From Candidatus Margulisiibacteriota bacterium (GTDB taxonomy: Bacteria; Margulisbacteria; Marinamargulisbacteria; JBFWNS01), in assembly GCA_050250935.1 (NCBI GenBank), contig JBFWNS010000002.1, forward strand, positions 225,673 to 289,672: a DNA stretch of 64,000 nt. Direction: 5' to 3'. A program made the translations under genes and the position numbers. How positions within the stretch are numbered: the first letter of the stretch is position 1; each line of letters begins with the position of its first letter. Positions 39,736-50,626 of the stretch are shown one piece after another. The notes beneath the pieces were generated by a model. The model saw only the letters and a program-made list of their open reading frames with translations. It made no database searches and was not told where the DNA came from.

Positions 39736-39738
39736 ATC

Positions 39739-40797
39739 TCATCCCAGCTTATTCTTTTCGGTTTGATCAAGGAGACGATGCCGAGCAATTTCAATAGCCT
39801 GGTGGAGCTTAGTTTGCAGAACATCTTTCGAGGGCAATTGAGTTAAATATTCTGCAACACGAATATTACTTTTATCCAACTGCATAAGCTCAATATGTTC
39901 CTTATTTTTACCAGCACATAAAATCAGCCCGATCGGCTGGTTTTCTCCTGAAACCATCTCATGTTTTTCGAGGTATCGAAGATATAGTTCCATTTGGCCC
40001 TTGAAACCAGCCTCAAATTCTCCAATCTTCAGATCAATAGCCACCAAACATTTTAGGCGTCGGTGATAAAATAATAGGTCAATGTAATAGTCTCGATTGT
40101 CTATTGAAATACGCTTTTGTCTTGCTAAAAAGGCAAAATCTTGCCCCAATTCGATGATAAATCGTTCTAGCTCATGGATGATCGAGGACTCCAAATCTTT
40201 TTCAGAATAGGTGTCCGACAGCCCTAAAAAATCCAGAAAATAAGGATCTCGAAAGACAATGTCTGAAGAAGGTTCTTTTTGCTCTCGAAGTACCTGAAGG
40301 TCTTGGCTTATCGTCTTGTCTGGTTTTTTGGAAATTGCGGTACGTTCGTATAGCATAGATTGAATACGTTCTTGTAGTTGTCGGGAAGACCAGTTTTCTA
40401 GTTTGCAAAGCTCGATGTAGAAACTGCGTTTGAGTTCGTCTTCTATGGGTAAAAGCAACCTCAAATGGGACCAACTCAATTTTGCACACACTGTGTTCAG
40501 AATCTGCTTTTCAGGAAAAATATCGGCAAATTTTAAGCAGTAATGCAGTTGCCGTTCACTCCAACCTTTCCCGAATTCCTCAGTCAAACGTTGGGATAAT
40601 GTGGCGATTACTTGTTTACCGTACTCGGCACGGTCTGAGTTTAAGATATCCTGACGGATATGCTGGCCAATAGCCCAGTACAAGGCTACCAATTCCTGAT
40701 TGATTGTTGATGCAACTCGGGTACGGGCATGCGTAATGAGATCGCGGATTTGGGTAAAAAGAGGGTAGCTATTCTCTTTTGAAATATTATTGTTCAT
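39739..40797 (-). CDS. YhcG/DUF1016 PD-(D/E)XK nuclease-domain protein
   Basis: LYWAIG, LSWSH, RDPYFLDFL, IDLLFYHRRLKCLVAIDLK, GQMELYL. Confidence 0.92.
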   Translation of the reverse strand: MNNNISKENSYPLFTQIRDLITHARTRVASTINQELVALYWAIGQHIRQDILNSDRAEYGKQVIATLSQRLTEEFGKGWSERQLHYCLKFADIFPEKQILNTVCAKLSWSHLRLLLPIEDELKRSFYIELCKLENWSSRQLQERIQSMLYERTAISKKPDKTISQDLQVLREQKEPSSDIVFRDPYFLDFLGLSDTYSEKDLESSIIHELERFIIELGQDFAFLARQKRISIDNRDYYIDLLFYHRRLKCLVAIDLKIGEFEAGFKGQMELYLRYLEKHEMVSGENQPIGLILCAGKNKEHIELMQLDKSNIRVAEYLTQLPSKDVLQTKLHQAIEIARHRLLDQTEKNKLG

Positions 40798-41737
40798 TTT
40801 CTGACTCCATTTGATCAAAAAGCTCGGGCTGATGAAAAATCGGGATTCCAATAATTTTTAGCTTCGGTTTTTGGTAAAGCGACTTTCGAAGAATTTCTGC
40901 TTTAAAAACAATGTCTTTACCATAAAATCGCAGGTAATCATCAGAAGCATGATCGTCATCTGGATAGCCCACCAATAATGAATATTCTTTCTCTATGCCA
41001 TGTACACGTATGCTTAAAGAATCCCCTTTTGATTTTTGAAGGCCAACAAGTTTTCCCGTCAAATCCACCGTTTGGCCATTTTGATATTGAGGAAGTATCC
41101 GGGCATCTTCCGGTAAATAATTTTCAAAATTTTGAGATGTGATTTCTGAAAAATGGTCGAAATTCCGTTCAGGTGATATCTGAATACTACGGAGTTCATC
41201 TTCAACAAATGGCTTCAGCGCCTTTTTAAAAACTTTATCTTTGTTAATCATTCGGTATAGTGCTTTGGCATAGGTTTTTTCAGGTAAGTCTTCGCCTTTA
41301 TCATCACTTATTTGAATGCTTTTCTTTTGTCGTTTGGCATATTCAATGATTTTCGATACAAACCACCCAATCAATGCACAATCTAAAGGGTATTTTGCAA
41401 CCAAATCATTTACAGTTTCATGAATACTCTTAAAATCTGAAAAACCATTTATGATCTGTGCATAGATATCTGGGTTTGCGACCTTATAAAAGACCAGCAT
41501 ATCTTGGATCGAGACAAACGGCAGTTCTGTAGAAATTTTGAGAGCTATTTCAACAACAATTGAACCAGGCGCTAAATTTTTTGCCTTAACTTCCAAATTT
41601 CCATCGATTTTTGAAATCTTGAAGCACTCTTTAATGACCTTTTCAAACCCAATTAAGGATGTGCCTAGCAATTGGAGGTCTATATCTGATTGGGGTTGAG
41701 GAGTATATTTGATAAAAAGGTTAGGCGACGTCGTCAT
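40787..41737 (-). CDS. Hypothetical protein in the defence operon
   Basis: 316 aa ORF overlapping both neighbours; PGSIVVEI motif. Confidence 0.7.
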   Translation of the reverse strand: MTTSPNLFIKYTPQPQSDIDLQLLGTSLIGFEKVIKECFKISKIDGNLEVKAKNLAPGSIVVEIALKISTELPFVSIQDMLVFYKVANPDIYAQIINGFSDFKSIHETVNDLVAKYPLDCALIGWFVSKIIEYAKRQKKSIQISDDKGEDLPEKTYAKALYRMINKDKVFKKALKPFVEDELRSIQISPERNFDHFSEITSQNFENYLPEDARILPQYQNGQTVDLTGKLVGLQKSKGDSLSIRVHGIEKEYSLLVGYPDDDHASDDYLRFYGKDIVFKAEILRKSLYQKPKLKIIGIPIFHQPELFDQMESENEQ

Positions 41738-42723
41738 GAAGTTGGCTTCTTTGAATAGTGTTTATCGAATTCTTTTAGAATATCAGGGCAATAAAACCAC
41801 TGTTTAACACCCGTCTTATTATTCCAATCAAGGTGCCGCTCGCCACAAAAATTTGGGTCTTTTTTCAATTGGCTTATAATATTTCTAAACGCCCCATCTT
41901 GCTTAAAATCTGTATATCGTTTCTTTAGCTCTGGCAAAAGTTTCGCTTTCCAAGACCAACGATATTTATTTTGAAATTTTTCCTCTGAATCGATAGTTAT
42001 AGATGCGCCGGTTCCATCTTTTGTATGATGGACTGGCAAACCCGTCGTTTTCCTTGAGAACTGAATATCGACCGTCAATGAAATGGAATGCTTGTTTTCG
42101 TCTCCGTTATACTCTTTTTCTTGGACATCGAGATATTCTAATAACTTTCTGTGATTTGAAGATTCCTTTGCCAAAGCGGTTGCATCAAAATGGGGCGGGA
42201 TATCAAATGCCATGGGAATCAAAAATAAATTATGATCCGATGTAGATCGATCAAACCACTCTCCCAACATTTCAACATAACTTTTGAGTGTAGCTGTTCC
42301 AACCTCAAGTAGCTTTTTATCAAACAACTTACTTTCATTATAAAAATGGATGGCGTTATCACGTATTTCAATCAGAGTTTCAAGTTGCGCAGTTAAATCT
42401 TTTGGCAAGCTAAGTTTGGCCATCGCACCACAAATGTCGATGGTAAAAAAGTTACCTGAACGGTTTTCCTTGTATCTTGGTTTTTTGTAGGGAGTCCCAT
42501 CATTTTTCTTTTTTGTAGCATCAACAATATAAAGCGCTGCCATTTCCTGGTTGGAGTCATTTACGATTTTCGCTTTCAGAAGCAGTTCCCAGGCATTGAC
42601 AATCAAAATGGTAAAACTCTCTTCTCGGTAAGAAAAATTAGGTTTGTTGTACAATTCAATGGCAGAAAGCGCGGCTTGAATCGATTTGTCCAATAGCAAA
42701 TCACTCTTGGCCTTGCGTCCCAT
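41734..42723 (-). CDS. DUF3644 protein (HEPN-like)
   Basis: KSIQAALSAIELYNKP, NAWELLLKA, RDNAIH (RxxxxH). Confidence 0.8.
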   Translation of the reverse strand: MGRKAKSDLLLDKSIQAALSAIELYNKPNFSYREESFTILIVNAWELLLKAKIVNDSNQEMAALYIVDATKKKNDGTPYKKPRYKENRSGNFFTIDICGAMAKLSLPKDLTAQLETLIEIRDNAIHFYNESKLFDKKLLEVGTATLKSYVEMLGEWFDRSTSDHNLFLIPMAFDIPPHFDATALAKESSNHRKLLEYLDVQEKEYNGDENKHSISLTVDIQFSRKTTGLPVHHTKDGTGASITIDSEEKFQNKYRWSWKAKLLPELKKRYTDFKQDGAFRNIISQLKKDPNFCGERHLDWNNKTGVKQWFYCPDILKEFDKHYSKKPTS

Positions 42724-43343
42724 TAGTTACTTTCCTTAGCTTCGATAGTAAAAGTTTTTACGGGTTCTCTCTTTAAGTCACTTGGTAAAAAAGCATCGAT
42801 TTCTGCATCAGAAAAAGTGAGATCCTCGTATTTTTTCAAAGCCTGCTGGGCTTTTTTATATGCTTTGAAGGTTGTGCTTGGTGCACCGGTATATGCAGTG
42901 TGTAATTGCTGAACCAATACATCACGTTTTTCTATAATTTCCTCTAACGATTTGCTCTCCATTTTTAAGTCTGTTAGTAGGGATAGATACTTTTCTCTAA
43001 CAAGCCATAATTCATTCGCTGTTTGCTTGTGTTTTTGAGCTAATTCGCCTAAATCATAATCCTTTGTATACGCATTTAGTGTTAGGAGGATTGTAGAAAT
43101 AACAATTCCAATTAACCCGGCAACTCTGCCTTCTCCAAAAATAGCGGCAACGAAACCCGCTGCCGTTATAGACGAAAGAATAATCTGCCACAGTTTAATA
43201 CTCGCAGATCGAGCTAAAAGAATATCAGCACATTTTTCATGAGTCTTGTGAGAGTAAACCACTCGCCCATAACATTCGCGAAGCTGCCCTTCCAAAACCT
43301 GCATATTATGTTCAACGTTGTTAATTTGGGAATGTGGTTCCAA
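42723..43343 (-). CDS. SLATT-domain 2TM effector (CBASS-associated)
   Basis: QLRECYGRVVYSHKTHEK, two TM helices, LWLVREKYLSLLTD; TTG start overlapping the cyclase stop. Confidence 0.82.
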   Translation of the reverse strand: MEPHSQINNVEHNMQVLEGQLRECYGRVVYSHKTHEKCADILLARSASIKLWQIILSSITAAGFVAAIFGEGRVAGLIGIVISTILLTLNAYTKDYDLGELAQKHKQTANELWLVREKYLSLLTDLKMESKSLEEIIEKRDVLVQQLHTAYTGAPSTTFKAYKKAQQALKKYEDLTFSDAEIDAFLPSDLKREPVKTFTIEAKESN

Positions 43344-44202
43344 AGATTTCCCTCCATTTAGACTTTGCAGAATATTCTCTTTTTGGGTCAGCAGATTCAT
43401 GTGCAATTGCTTCCAGCGCTAGGTTGTAACACTGCTTTGCCTTGTACTGAAAAAGCTCTTTTCCATTAACACGCTGCCCGCTACCAGGGGCGAGCCAATA
43501 TTCTTGATCGCGACTTTGATTAGCCATCCATTCGAAGAAGTCTCGACACATGTAGTCATAGTACAGATATGATTTATCACGGTGAGTCCAATTCCCTATA
43601 AATTGATATGCGAGGGCGTCTATTAACAACCCTCCAATAGGCACGCCCCACTGGTTTTTCCAGGCTCGCATCATCCGGCAAAGGGGTATAAGGTTCCGAT
43701 TGCAAGCACTATTACGATCTCGAATTGCTTGGATTTCAGGTCGTGGATTAGTCGTTTTCCAAGTGCCTCCATTGTTAGAACATGGATGAATATACCCACC
43801 GGATTGACTCAAAAAAACTGGAACTATTTCAAATGTTATTCCATCTTGGAAACTCACACTAACAACTTGGCCGTCTCCTGATATATCTGAGGTTGAATAT
43901 GTTTTCTTCATAGATGTCCGCACAACCTGTAACAAGGACGACTGCCCATTCCCATAGTAGTCGTTGTATTGACTATATAAATTCGCTGGCAATTCAAACA
44001 CCATATCGAGATCGCTAAAACCTTGGATTGCCGTATTTCGTCCATAAGAGCCAACACACAAGCTATGAGAAGTTTCAGAATCTGTATCCCAAAAATCAGA
44101 ATTGAGCTGTCTCGTTATTCGTTTATAACGATAAGAAATGGTGCCTCCATCTTGTACTTGCAGGGTTGAACAAAAAGTTGAAAACCAATCTGCGACACTC
44201 AT
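43321..44202 (-). CDS. SMODS/CD-NTase nucleotide cyclase
   Basis: VGSYGRNTAI...SDLD, DGQVV, FEIVP, WKTTNP, KWREIFG..FP. Confidence 0.88.
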   Translation of the reverse strand: MSVADWFSTFCSTLQVQDGGTISYRYKRITRQLNSDFWDTDSETSHSLCVGSYGRNTAIQGFSDLDMVFELPANLYSQYNDYYGNGQSSLLQVVRTSMKKTYSTSDISGDGQVVSVSFQDGITFEIVPVFLSQSGGYIHPCSNNGGTWKTTNPRPEIQAIRDRNSACNRNLIPLCRMMRAWKNQWGVPIGGLLIDALAYQFIGNWTHRDKSYLYYDYMCRDFFEWMANQSRDQEYWLAPGSGQRVNGKELFQYKAKQCYNLALEAIAHESADPKREYSAKSKWREIFGTTFPN

Positions 44203-47200
44203 TGTTTTCTTCCCTCCACGATCGCAATTTCTTCATCCGTTAGACCATAGAACTGGTAGACGAGTTGGTTGATTTGGGATTCAAGTTTTGGGACGTTGGG
44301 GCTGGTTGGGTTTGATAGGATTTCTTTCACTAACACTGTTATCTTCTCTTGATCTTCTTCAGAAACTATAGGTAATGGAATTTGATCCATATATTGCTTT
44401 TTAAATCTTAGAGTAGCTCCACGCACAGATGATGTAATGCGGATAAAGAAAAATTCAATTAATTTTGAATTCAGGAGACCTACTAAAAAATAATCGCCTA
44501 ACGGTATAAAAAAAGCAGTCATATCTAAAAGAAATTGTTCTCTATCAAGATAAAATCTGGGACTAGGGGATAAATCAGGGACAATAATTTTAGGCTCACC
44601 AAAGAGTTCTATATAACCATCAGCAGGATTGTTATCTAATTCCAGCCAGTGATGCTGCCTTGTTCCCGGCTTATTAGGTAATCCTTCACATTGTCCACGA
44701 GCTCGAAGCTTAGTTTCATATTTACTTAGGTGATTGTGAATCGCGAAATATTGTTTCAAATTCAAGTGAAAACCTTTTGGAATACATATCAAGTAAAGAT
44801 TAGTAGGTTTAATAACCCACCTTTTTATATCTTTTCCACGTAGCCAAGGTTTGATCAGCTCTTTACTTCTGGGATCTGTTGCAATGAGCTCCTCTTTTGT
44901 TTTCTCATCGATTACAAATGCATCATTAAACCCTGTTTTAATTCCAGAATAGATTTTCTTTCCTTTCAACTTAAGCATTTGGCTTAGAGTGCTGCCTGAT
45001 TTTTTAAGTTTATGCAATAAATCTAAGAAATCGGGCTTATCAAATACCCAAGTATCATCTGTAAAATCATTTATAAGAATATCAATGCCATTAGCTTTTA
45101 TTGTTTCTGAAAGATTTCTAATGTCAGAAATGTTTTCGATAGAAACACAGGTTGCATAAGAATTTTGAAATTTCTGTTTTTTACCACCAATAAATACAGA
45201 TGGGTATGCAGTTGCATCAAATATCGGCAATTCACCGAAATCCACAATCACTTTTGGCAAGCATTTTTCGACTAAATATTGCCGAAGTTTTTTTCCATAC
45301 CCTGCTCGGAAATATTTATTTGATGTTATGTAACACAATCCCCCCTCGCTTTTAAGAAGATTGATTCCTTTTTCATAAAATAAGCAGTACAAATCACCCC
45401 TAGCTGAAAAAACAGAGTAGATTTTTTTCCAGATTCTTTGTTCAGGAGTACCTGAAAACTTCTCTATTGAAACATACGGCGGATTCCCAATCACCACATC
45501 AAACCCGCCATTCTCCCGAAACACTTCACTAAAATAAATCTCAAAATCAAAGACTTCCGATTGACCAGTCAATTCATTGATCAAATTATCGATTTTGGTT
45601 TTTAGATTGGCTTTTTTGGAAGGGCTGGTTTCGTCAAAATATAGCGCTTTTTGTTTCTCTAAATCTTCAAACAAATGGTTGTTAAATAGGTTCCGTTCCA
45701 CCTGTAACAATGAATTCCCAACCCTAATCTTATACTCCAAATTCGGCAAAGGCTTAATAGTTCCAAAATCATCTTCATCCACGACCAATGACAACCACAA
45801 CCGCAATTTGGCAATATCCACGGCTGATGTCTCAATATCTACACCATAAATCGATTCCTGAATCGCATGACGTTTAAAATCGTAAAGTGTTCTATCTGGT
45901 TCATTGATAAAGGGGGTTAGTGCACATCGCACCCGTACAATTTCATTCATCATGCCTACCGGGAAAGCCCCAGACCCAATCGCCGGATCACAAATTTTGA
46001 TATGTGCCAGTGCATCATCGATTACTTTAGCGTTATTACGAATACTTTCAGGCAGTTTCGGCTTATAGTCTTTAGTGTAGCTTCCTTTTTCGAGATTTTT
46101 TGATTCTGCCGTTCTATTATGCTCAATAGCAGTGTCCCCTTCATGAACCAAGGCTTCAATATCACTACGCGAAATAGAATTTCCTGCAATTTTGGTTTCC
46201 AGATAATTAATCAAACTTTCTTGGCACATGTAGTGCACAATTTCACGCGGCGTATAATAGGTACCACTCCCTTTACGCTCGTTTTCCGGGATCAGGTTTT
46301 CAAATACTTTCCCTAGCATTTCAGGATCGACCGCCACCTCTTTATCGAGCGGCTCATCTTCTCGTACCGTAAAATTGTACAAATCAAAAACCTCAAAAAT
46401 ATCTTTGAAGATATCGTTATCCAGCAAAATATCCGTATTTACCCAATCGTATGCACGAATAGGTTCGAACAAACCCCCGTTTAAAAACGGAATTTTGCTA
46501 TTGAATCGTTGATAAAAATGATCAGCTCGCTCTGTCGCTAAGGCTTCATAAAAAAGTGGCTCCAGCATGTCATTAAAGAAATTTTGATAGTTACTTTTTT
46601 GCTCGTATAGGTGTTGCAAAAATTCTTTGGGTCCGCTTCCCCAATTTTGCCCTTTGGCCACACCCAACCATCCCTTTTTCTGAAGAAAGTATAAAAACAC
46701 AATTTGGCCTAACAAACGTTTTGCAAAATCACCTGTTTTTACGCCTTTTGAATCAAATTCTTTTTGAACAACGGAATCTTTTTCAATATGTTTATCTAAG
46801 GCTTCTTTTAATCGCAAATAAAGCGTTTTGTATTGGGTGAAAAACTCTTTGGTAACGGTTTCGATATTGAAGGCACTCTCGAGCTCTGAGAGAGTTGTTT
46901 CAGTTTCCGAAACTAAAACCGGCAACAATTGCTTTCTAGCTGTATGTGTTTTTTCATTTTGGCCAACAAGAAATGAATACCGTCTAGCAGGAGTTAATTC
47001 TTTTTTAACCTTTTGTTGCTCCGCATCTAGCACGTAATCCATCTTAATAAGCGAAAATCGCCAGTCGTTTGACTGATCCGTATAGAATGCCACTAACGCT
47101 GCATCTTTAAGCTGCCCACCGCGACTACCGTTTAAGTAGCGTGCGATAAAATTACGTTGCAGAGTGCGGGCATTTTCAAGTTGCCCCTTTGTTTTTAGCT

Positions 47201-47432
47201 TAACAGCCAGGACATCAATTTCACGGTTTTCAGGGTCCATAAATTTAGCTAAGCGTTTAAATGAGACAATGTGATCTCGAAAGGATTCGGGGATATGGTT
47301 ACCGGTAGCTGCATTTTCATCCAGGGATTCATAGTCAATGAACAGTTGTTGAACAACTCCGCGAAATTGAGTTTCATCATAGGGCTTTGTAAAACAGTCA
47401 TTGACTAGTTTTTCAGCATCTTGTTTTTTCAT
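44199..47432 (-). CDS. Type IIG restriction-modification enzyme (Eco57I-like N6-adenine MTase with target recognition domain)
   Basis: DPEMLGKVFE, YYTPREIV, DPAIGSGAF, VIGNPPY, GIKTG, LLNSKL. Confidence 0.9.
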   Translation of the reverse strand: MKKQDAEKLVNDCFTKPYDETQFRGVVQQLFIDYESLDENAATGNHIPESFRDHIVSFKRLAKFMDPENREIDVLAVKLKTKGQLENARTLQRNFIARYLNGSRGGQLKDAALVAFYTDQSNDWRFSLIKMDYVLDAEQQKVKKELTPARRYSFLVGQNEKTHTARKQLLPVLVSETETTLSELESAFNIETVTKEFFTQYKTLYLRLKEALDKHIEKDSVVQKEFDSKGVKTGDFAKRLLGQIVFLYFLQKKGWLGVAKGQNWGSGPKEFLQHLYEQKSNYQNFFNDMLEPLFYEALATERADHFYQRFNSKIPFLNGGLFEPIRAYDWVNTDILLDNDIFKDIFEVFDLYNFTVREDEPLDKEVAVDPEMLGKVFENLIPENERKGSGTYYTPREIVHYMCQESLINYLETKIAGNSISRSDIEALVHEGDTAIEHNRTAESKNLEKGSYTKDYKPKLPESIRNNAKVIDDALAHIKICDPAIGSGAFPVGMMNEIVRVRCALTPFINEPDRTLYDFKRHAIQESIYGVDIETSAVDIAKLRLWLSLVVDEDDFGTIKPLPNLEYKIRVGNSLLQVERNLFNNHLFEDLEKQKALYFDETSPSKKANLKTKIDNLINELTGQSEVFDFEIYFSEVFRENGGFDVVIGNPPYVSIEKFSGTPEQRIWKKIYSVFSARGDLYCLFYEKGINLLKSEGGLCYITSNKYFRAGYGKKLRQYLVEKCLPKVIVDFGELPIFDATAYPSVFIGGKKQKFQNSYATCVSIENISDIRNLSETIKANGIDILINDFTDDTWVFDKPDFLDLLHKLKKSGSTLSQMLKLKGKKIYSGIKTGFNDAFVIDEKTKEELIATDPRSKELIKPWLRGKDIKRWVIKPTNLYLICIPKGFHLNLKQYFAIHNHLSKYETKLRARGQCEGLPNKPGTRQHHWLELDNNPADGYIELFGEPKIIVPDLSPSPRFYLDREQFLLDMTAFFIPLGDYFLVGLLNSKLIEFFFIRITSSVRGATLRFKKQYMDQIPLPIVSEEDQEKITVLVKEILSNPTSPNVPKLESQINQLVYQFYGLTDEEIAIVEGRKQ

Positions 47433-50400
47433 TGTGTAGTATCTCCTACAAAGTAAACAGATAAAATGATTTCTCGCTTGTCGCTATGATCTTTTTTGGG
47501 CTGAAGAGATGATAAGTCAGATTCTGAAAGATGTTGTTTTAAGCAATGAAGAATAGCCAATGGTTGTAGATTCTGTTGCAATGCCGCTTTAACTTTTTTA
47601 CAGGTATTTTTGGCGATTATGCCATTTTCAAGTGCATTTCGGACTTGGCTTAAATACGATTCGTCATCCTCAGTAAACCCTTTAAATGCCCGAATGGCAG
47701 ACGACTTTAGGGTTCGAATGATAAATGCTTCATTCGAGGAGCCAGTTTTTGGAATATTTAAATCAATGGGGTCTACTTGGGTAATCTCATCCAGAAATGA
47801 CTTGTTGACTTTTAACAGCGTATAAAAGTGATTGGGGATGGGTAATGAGGTTATATCGGGTTTGCATTCAAACCGTTTTGCGGCTTCTATAAAAGATAAC
47901 TCGCGCGAAACCTTATCGTCCGCAACAGTAAACTTCTTTAAGCGTCCTTTTCTAAAAAAAGTGAGTAGCCCGTGATCTTCACTAGCTCTCGCACAACGTG
48001 CCTTTTTAGGTAAGCGTTTAACGCTTTCAAACACATCTGGCGATTTGTCTCGAATATTACGGATGACTTGTAAATATCTCAGTTCAGAATCGGGTTCATC
48101 TTCCTGCTCAAAGGTATGTTTGTCATTTAGCTTTCTGAACAATCGATCGCCAAAGAGTTCATGGGTAGATATTTCTTCTTCCTCACTTAAATACTTAGAA
48201 TCTTCCCCGAGAATAGTATGAAACGCTTGTAGCTTACCCTTAATGTTGTCTTCTAAGCCCAAATGAGCATCTGATTGGGCGGTTGGGAAAAAGTTAAATA
48301 CATAGATGGTGTCGTGCTGGGTACCAACACGATTAACCCGCCCGACTCGCTGTAATACCCGTGTTGGGTTCCAGGGCAAATCGTAATTGATAATAATATG
48401 AGACCGATGAAGATTAATCCCTTCTGCTAATACGTCAGTTGTTATTAGAATGCGAATGTCGTCTTTTGAATTTGCAATTCCTGGTTGATAATTGGCTCTA
48501 ATAACTTCTCTGAGAGTTTCTTTTTGATGAGATTCTCCGGCGGCCATGCCACCATGACTAGAGTATGAAAGCACTTGATGTGGAAATTCTGCTTCTAATG
48601 TTTCATACAAATAATGAACAGTTTCCTTAGATTCGCTAAATACAATTACTTTTTTGTTTTGGAGAGTGGGATTACTTCTTAATTCGTTGATAAAATGCTC
48701 AATTTTGGGGTCTGATTGCACATTCTTCCAATAGGTAGATATTTGATTTAATAGCGCCAAGTCCATCTGAAGTTTTTCACGAAATTCAGGATAAAAATCT
48801 TCCGAAGTATATTGCTGGGCCTTTTCTTCTTCTACCAATTTCAGGAGTGCGTCTTCATCATCAGCGTCCAATAATTCATAGACATCCACGTCTTTACTGA
48901 TCCAAACCGTTCCTTTATCCAACATAGCGATAAATTGTTCATACGATAAAGTAAAACGGCGCAGTGTCTTACGAAATGCGTAAAAGCTGCTTTCCAAGCG
49001 TTTCACCAAAATCCCTTTCATAAATCCACCAATATTTTTTTGGCTGATTTGATCAAATGAGCTAATAGGTTTTTTCAGAAATAGAAGTGGGGTATATCGG
49101 GCATATGAAAATTGAGTTAGCAGCTCGATGGTCTTATCAAATACAGACTCAGTTGCAGAATCGAAGGCATAAACAATGCGTTGTGGATCAGCCATTTTCG
49201 GAAAAGTCAGGCCTTGTTTCTTAATGTCAGTCTCAAAAAACTGTTTAATCTCAGATCTGGTTCGCCGAACCATCACATGCTTCAAAACCTGATCTCGTAT
49301 TTTTCCAGAGACTTTTTTTAACTCCGCAAAATACTCATCTGTACCTTTTTCAAATTGATTAACATCCCGTTGGAGTCCTTTAAAAAAGGCTTCTAAGTTT
49401 CGAATACCCGGAATTAAACTGTTTTTAGCAGGCTGAAACAATTTGATTTGGGCTAAAATATCCTCAATCTTATTATTAAGTGGGGTAGCAGAAACCAAAA
49501 TAACTTTCTTTCCAAGGCATATCTTGTGCAAGGCTTCATAACTTTTAGTCATTTCATTTCTGAATCTGTGCGCCTCATCAACCACGATATATGTATATTT
49601 GTCGGTGCCTTTTTCTAGGATCCGATCTAATTTGCCTAGAGATTCAATTTCAAACCCAGGAACATAAAATTGGTTCAATGTTTCTCGCCAGTAATCGGCC
49701 AAGACAGGGGGACATATAATCAACTTCCTGCCGGTTGGTAATTTTTGTAGTAAGAGTGCGGTTATAAATGTTTTACCTAATCCCACCACATCTGATAAAA
49801 ACACTCCATTATAGAGATCTAAAATACGCTTCGCAGATATTACAGCTTGCTTTTGGTATGACAAATCCATAAAACCATCTGGAAGATTAAGCTCAATATC
49901 CTCTTCCAAATTTATATCTTCTTTAAAGTATTCATATAAAAACTTTAAATACACTTGATAGGGTGTGATCTGGTCATTCAACCAGGTTTTTGTGTGAATT
50001 GTTTCGATATATTCAGCATGGATATCAATACCTTCCTGCCACAATATTTCAAATTGATCCAATGCAAAAACTACATCTGTTTTGTCTTTTAGCTCAACGT
50101 TAAATTCGCGCTGTGCGATCAATCCAGATTCTGAAAAATTGCTAGAACCGGTAATGACTCTACCGAAATCTATAAAGCCCTCAGGATGTCGGGTGATATA
50201 GACTTTGGCATGTAGGTTTCGGCTTGGATGAACACGTAATTCCAATTTTCCAGATTGGATAAATTCAATAAATTTTCGGGCTGCTATTTCAACATCTGGG
50301 GAATCTTCTGATGTATCCATTTCTTGAGTAAGCGTTTCAACATATACCTCTTTACACCGTTTGTGAGATTCAAAATCAAAAGCCACTTGCCCGGACGCTT

Positions 50401-50626
50401 TTTCAAACAACAGAACGCTTTTACGATCCGTACTCAATCCAATCAGAATCCGGATTTTCTCAGTGCTTTCCAAGGCCTTCCAGAGCCGATTAAATCCGCT
50501 TGTTCTGAAATATCCCACCAAGACATCAAAGAATTGTGCATATTTGAGCGTCGACACAAATCGATCATGCAAAGAGTTGGATTCAGTATTTGTAAAAAAT
50601 TTAAGATCTTTGGAAGGTGTGCTCAT
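47429..50626 (-). CDS. PLD-nuclease-SNF2 helicase fusion
   Basis: LHAKVY...GSSNFS (PLD), DVVGLGKT, DEAH, SATP, TDVLAEGINL, QRVGRVNR. Confidence 0.9.
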   Translation of the reverse strand: MSTPSKDLKFFTNTESNSLHDRFVSTLKYAQFFDVLVGYFRTSGFNRLWKALESTEKIRILIGLSTDRKSVLLFEKASGQVAFDFESHKRCKEVYVETLTQEMDTSEDSPDVEIAARKFIEFIQSGKLELRVHPSRNLHAKVYITRHPEGFIDFGRVITGSSNFSESGLIAQREFNVELKDKTDVVFALDQFEILWQEGIDIHAEYIETIHTKTWLNDQITPYQVYLKFLYEYFKEDINLEEDIELNLPDGFMDLSYQKQAVISAKRILDLYNGVFLSDVVGLGKTFITALLLQKLPTGRKLIICPPVLADYWRETLNQFYVPGFEIESLGKLDRILEKGTDKYTYIVVDEAHRFRNEMTKSYEALHKICLGKKVILVSATPLNNKIEDILAQIKLFQPAKNSLIPGIRNLEAFFKGLQRDVNQFEKGTDEYFAELKKVSGKIRDQVLKHVMVRRTRSEIKQFFETDIKKQGLTFPKMADPQRIVYAFDSATESVFDKTIELLTQFSYARYTPLLFLKKPISSFDQISQKNIGGFMKGILVKRLESSFYAFRKTLRRFTLSYEQFIAMLDKGTVWISKDVDVYELLDADDEDALLKLVEEEKAQQYTSEDFYPEFREKLQMDLALLNQISTYWKNVQSDPKIEHFINELRSNPTLQNKKVIVFSESKETVHYLYETLEAEFPHQVLSYSSHGGMAAGESHQKETLREVIRANYQPGIANSKDDIRILITTDVLAEGINLHRSHIIINYDLPWNPTRVLQRVGRVNRVGTQHDTIYVFNFFPTAQSDAHLGLEDNIKGKLQAFHTILGEDSKYLSEEEEISTHELFGDRLFRKLNDKHTFEQEDEPDSELRYLQVIRNIRDKSPDVFESVKRLPKKARCARASEDHGLLTFFRKGRLKKFTVADDKVSRELSFIEAAKRFECKPDITSLPIPNHFYTLLKVNKSFLDEITQVDPIDLNIPKTGSSNEAFIIRTLKSSAIRAFKGFTEDDESYLSQVRNALENGIIAKNTCKKVKAALQQNLQPLAILHCLKQHLSESDLSSLQPKKDHSDKREIILSVYFVGDTTQ

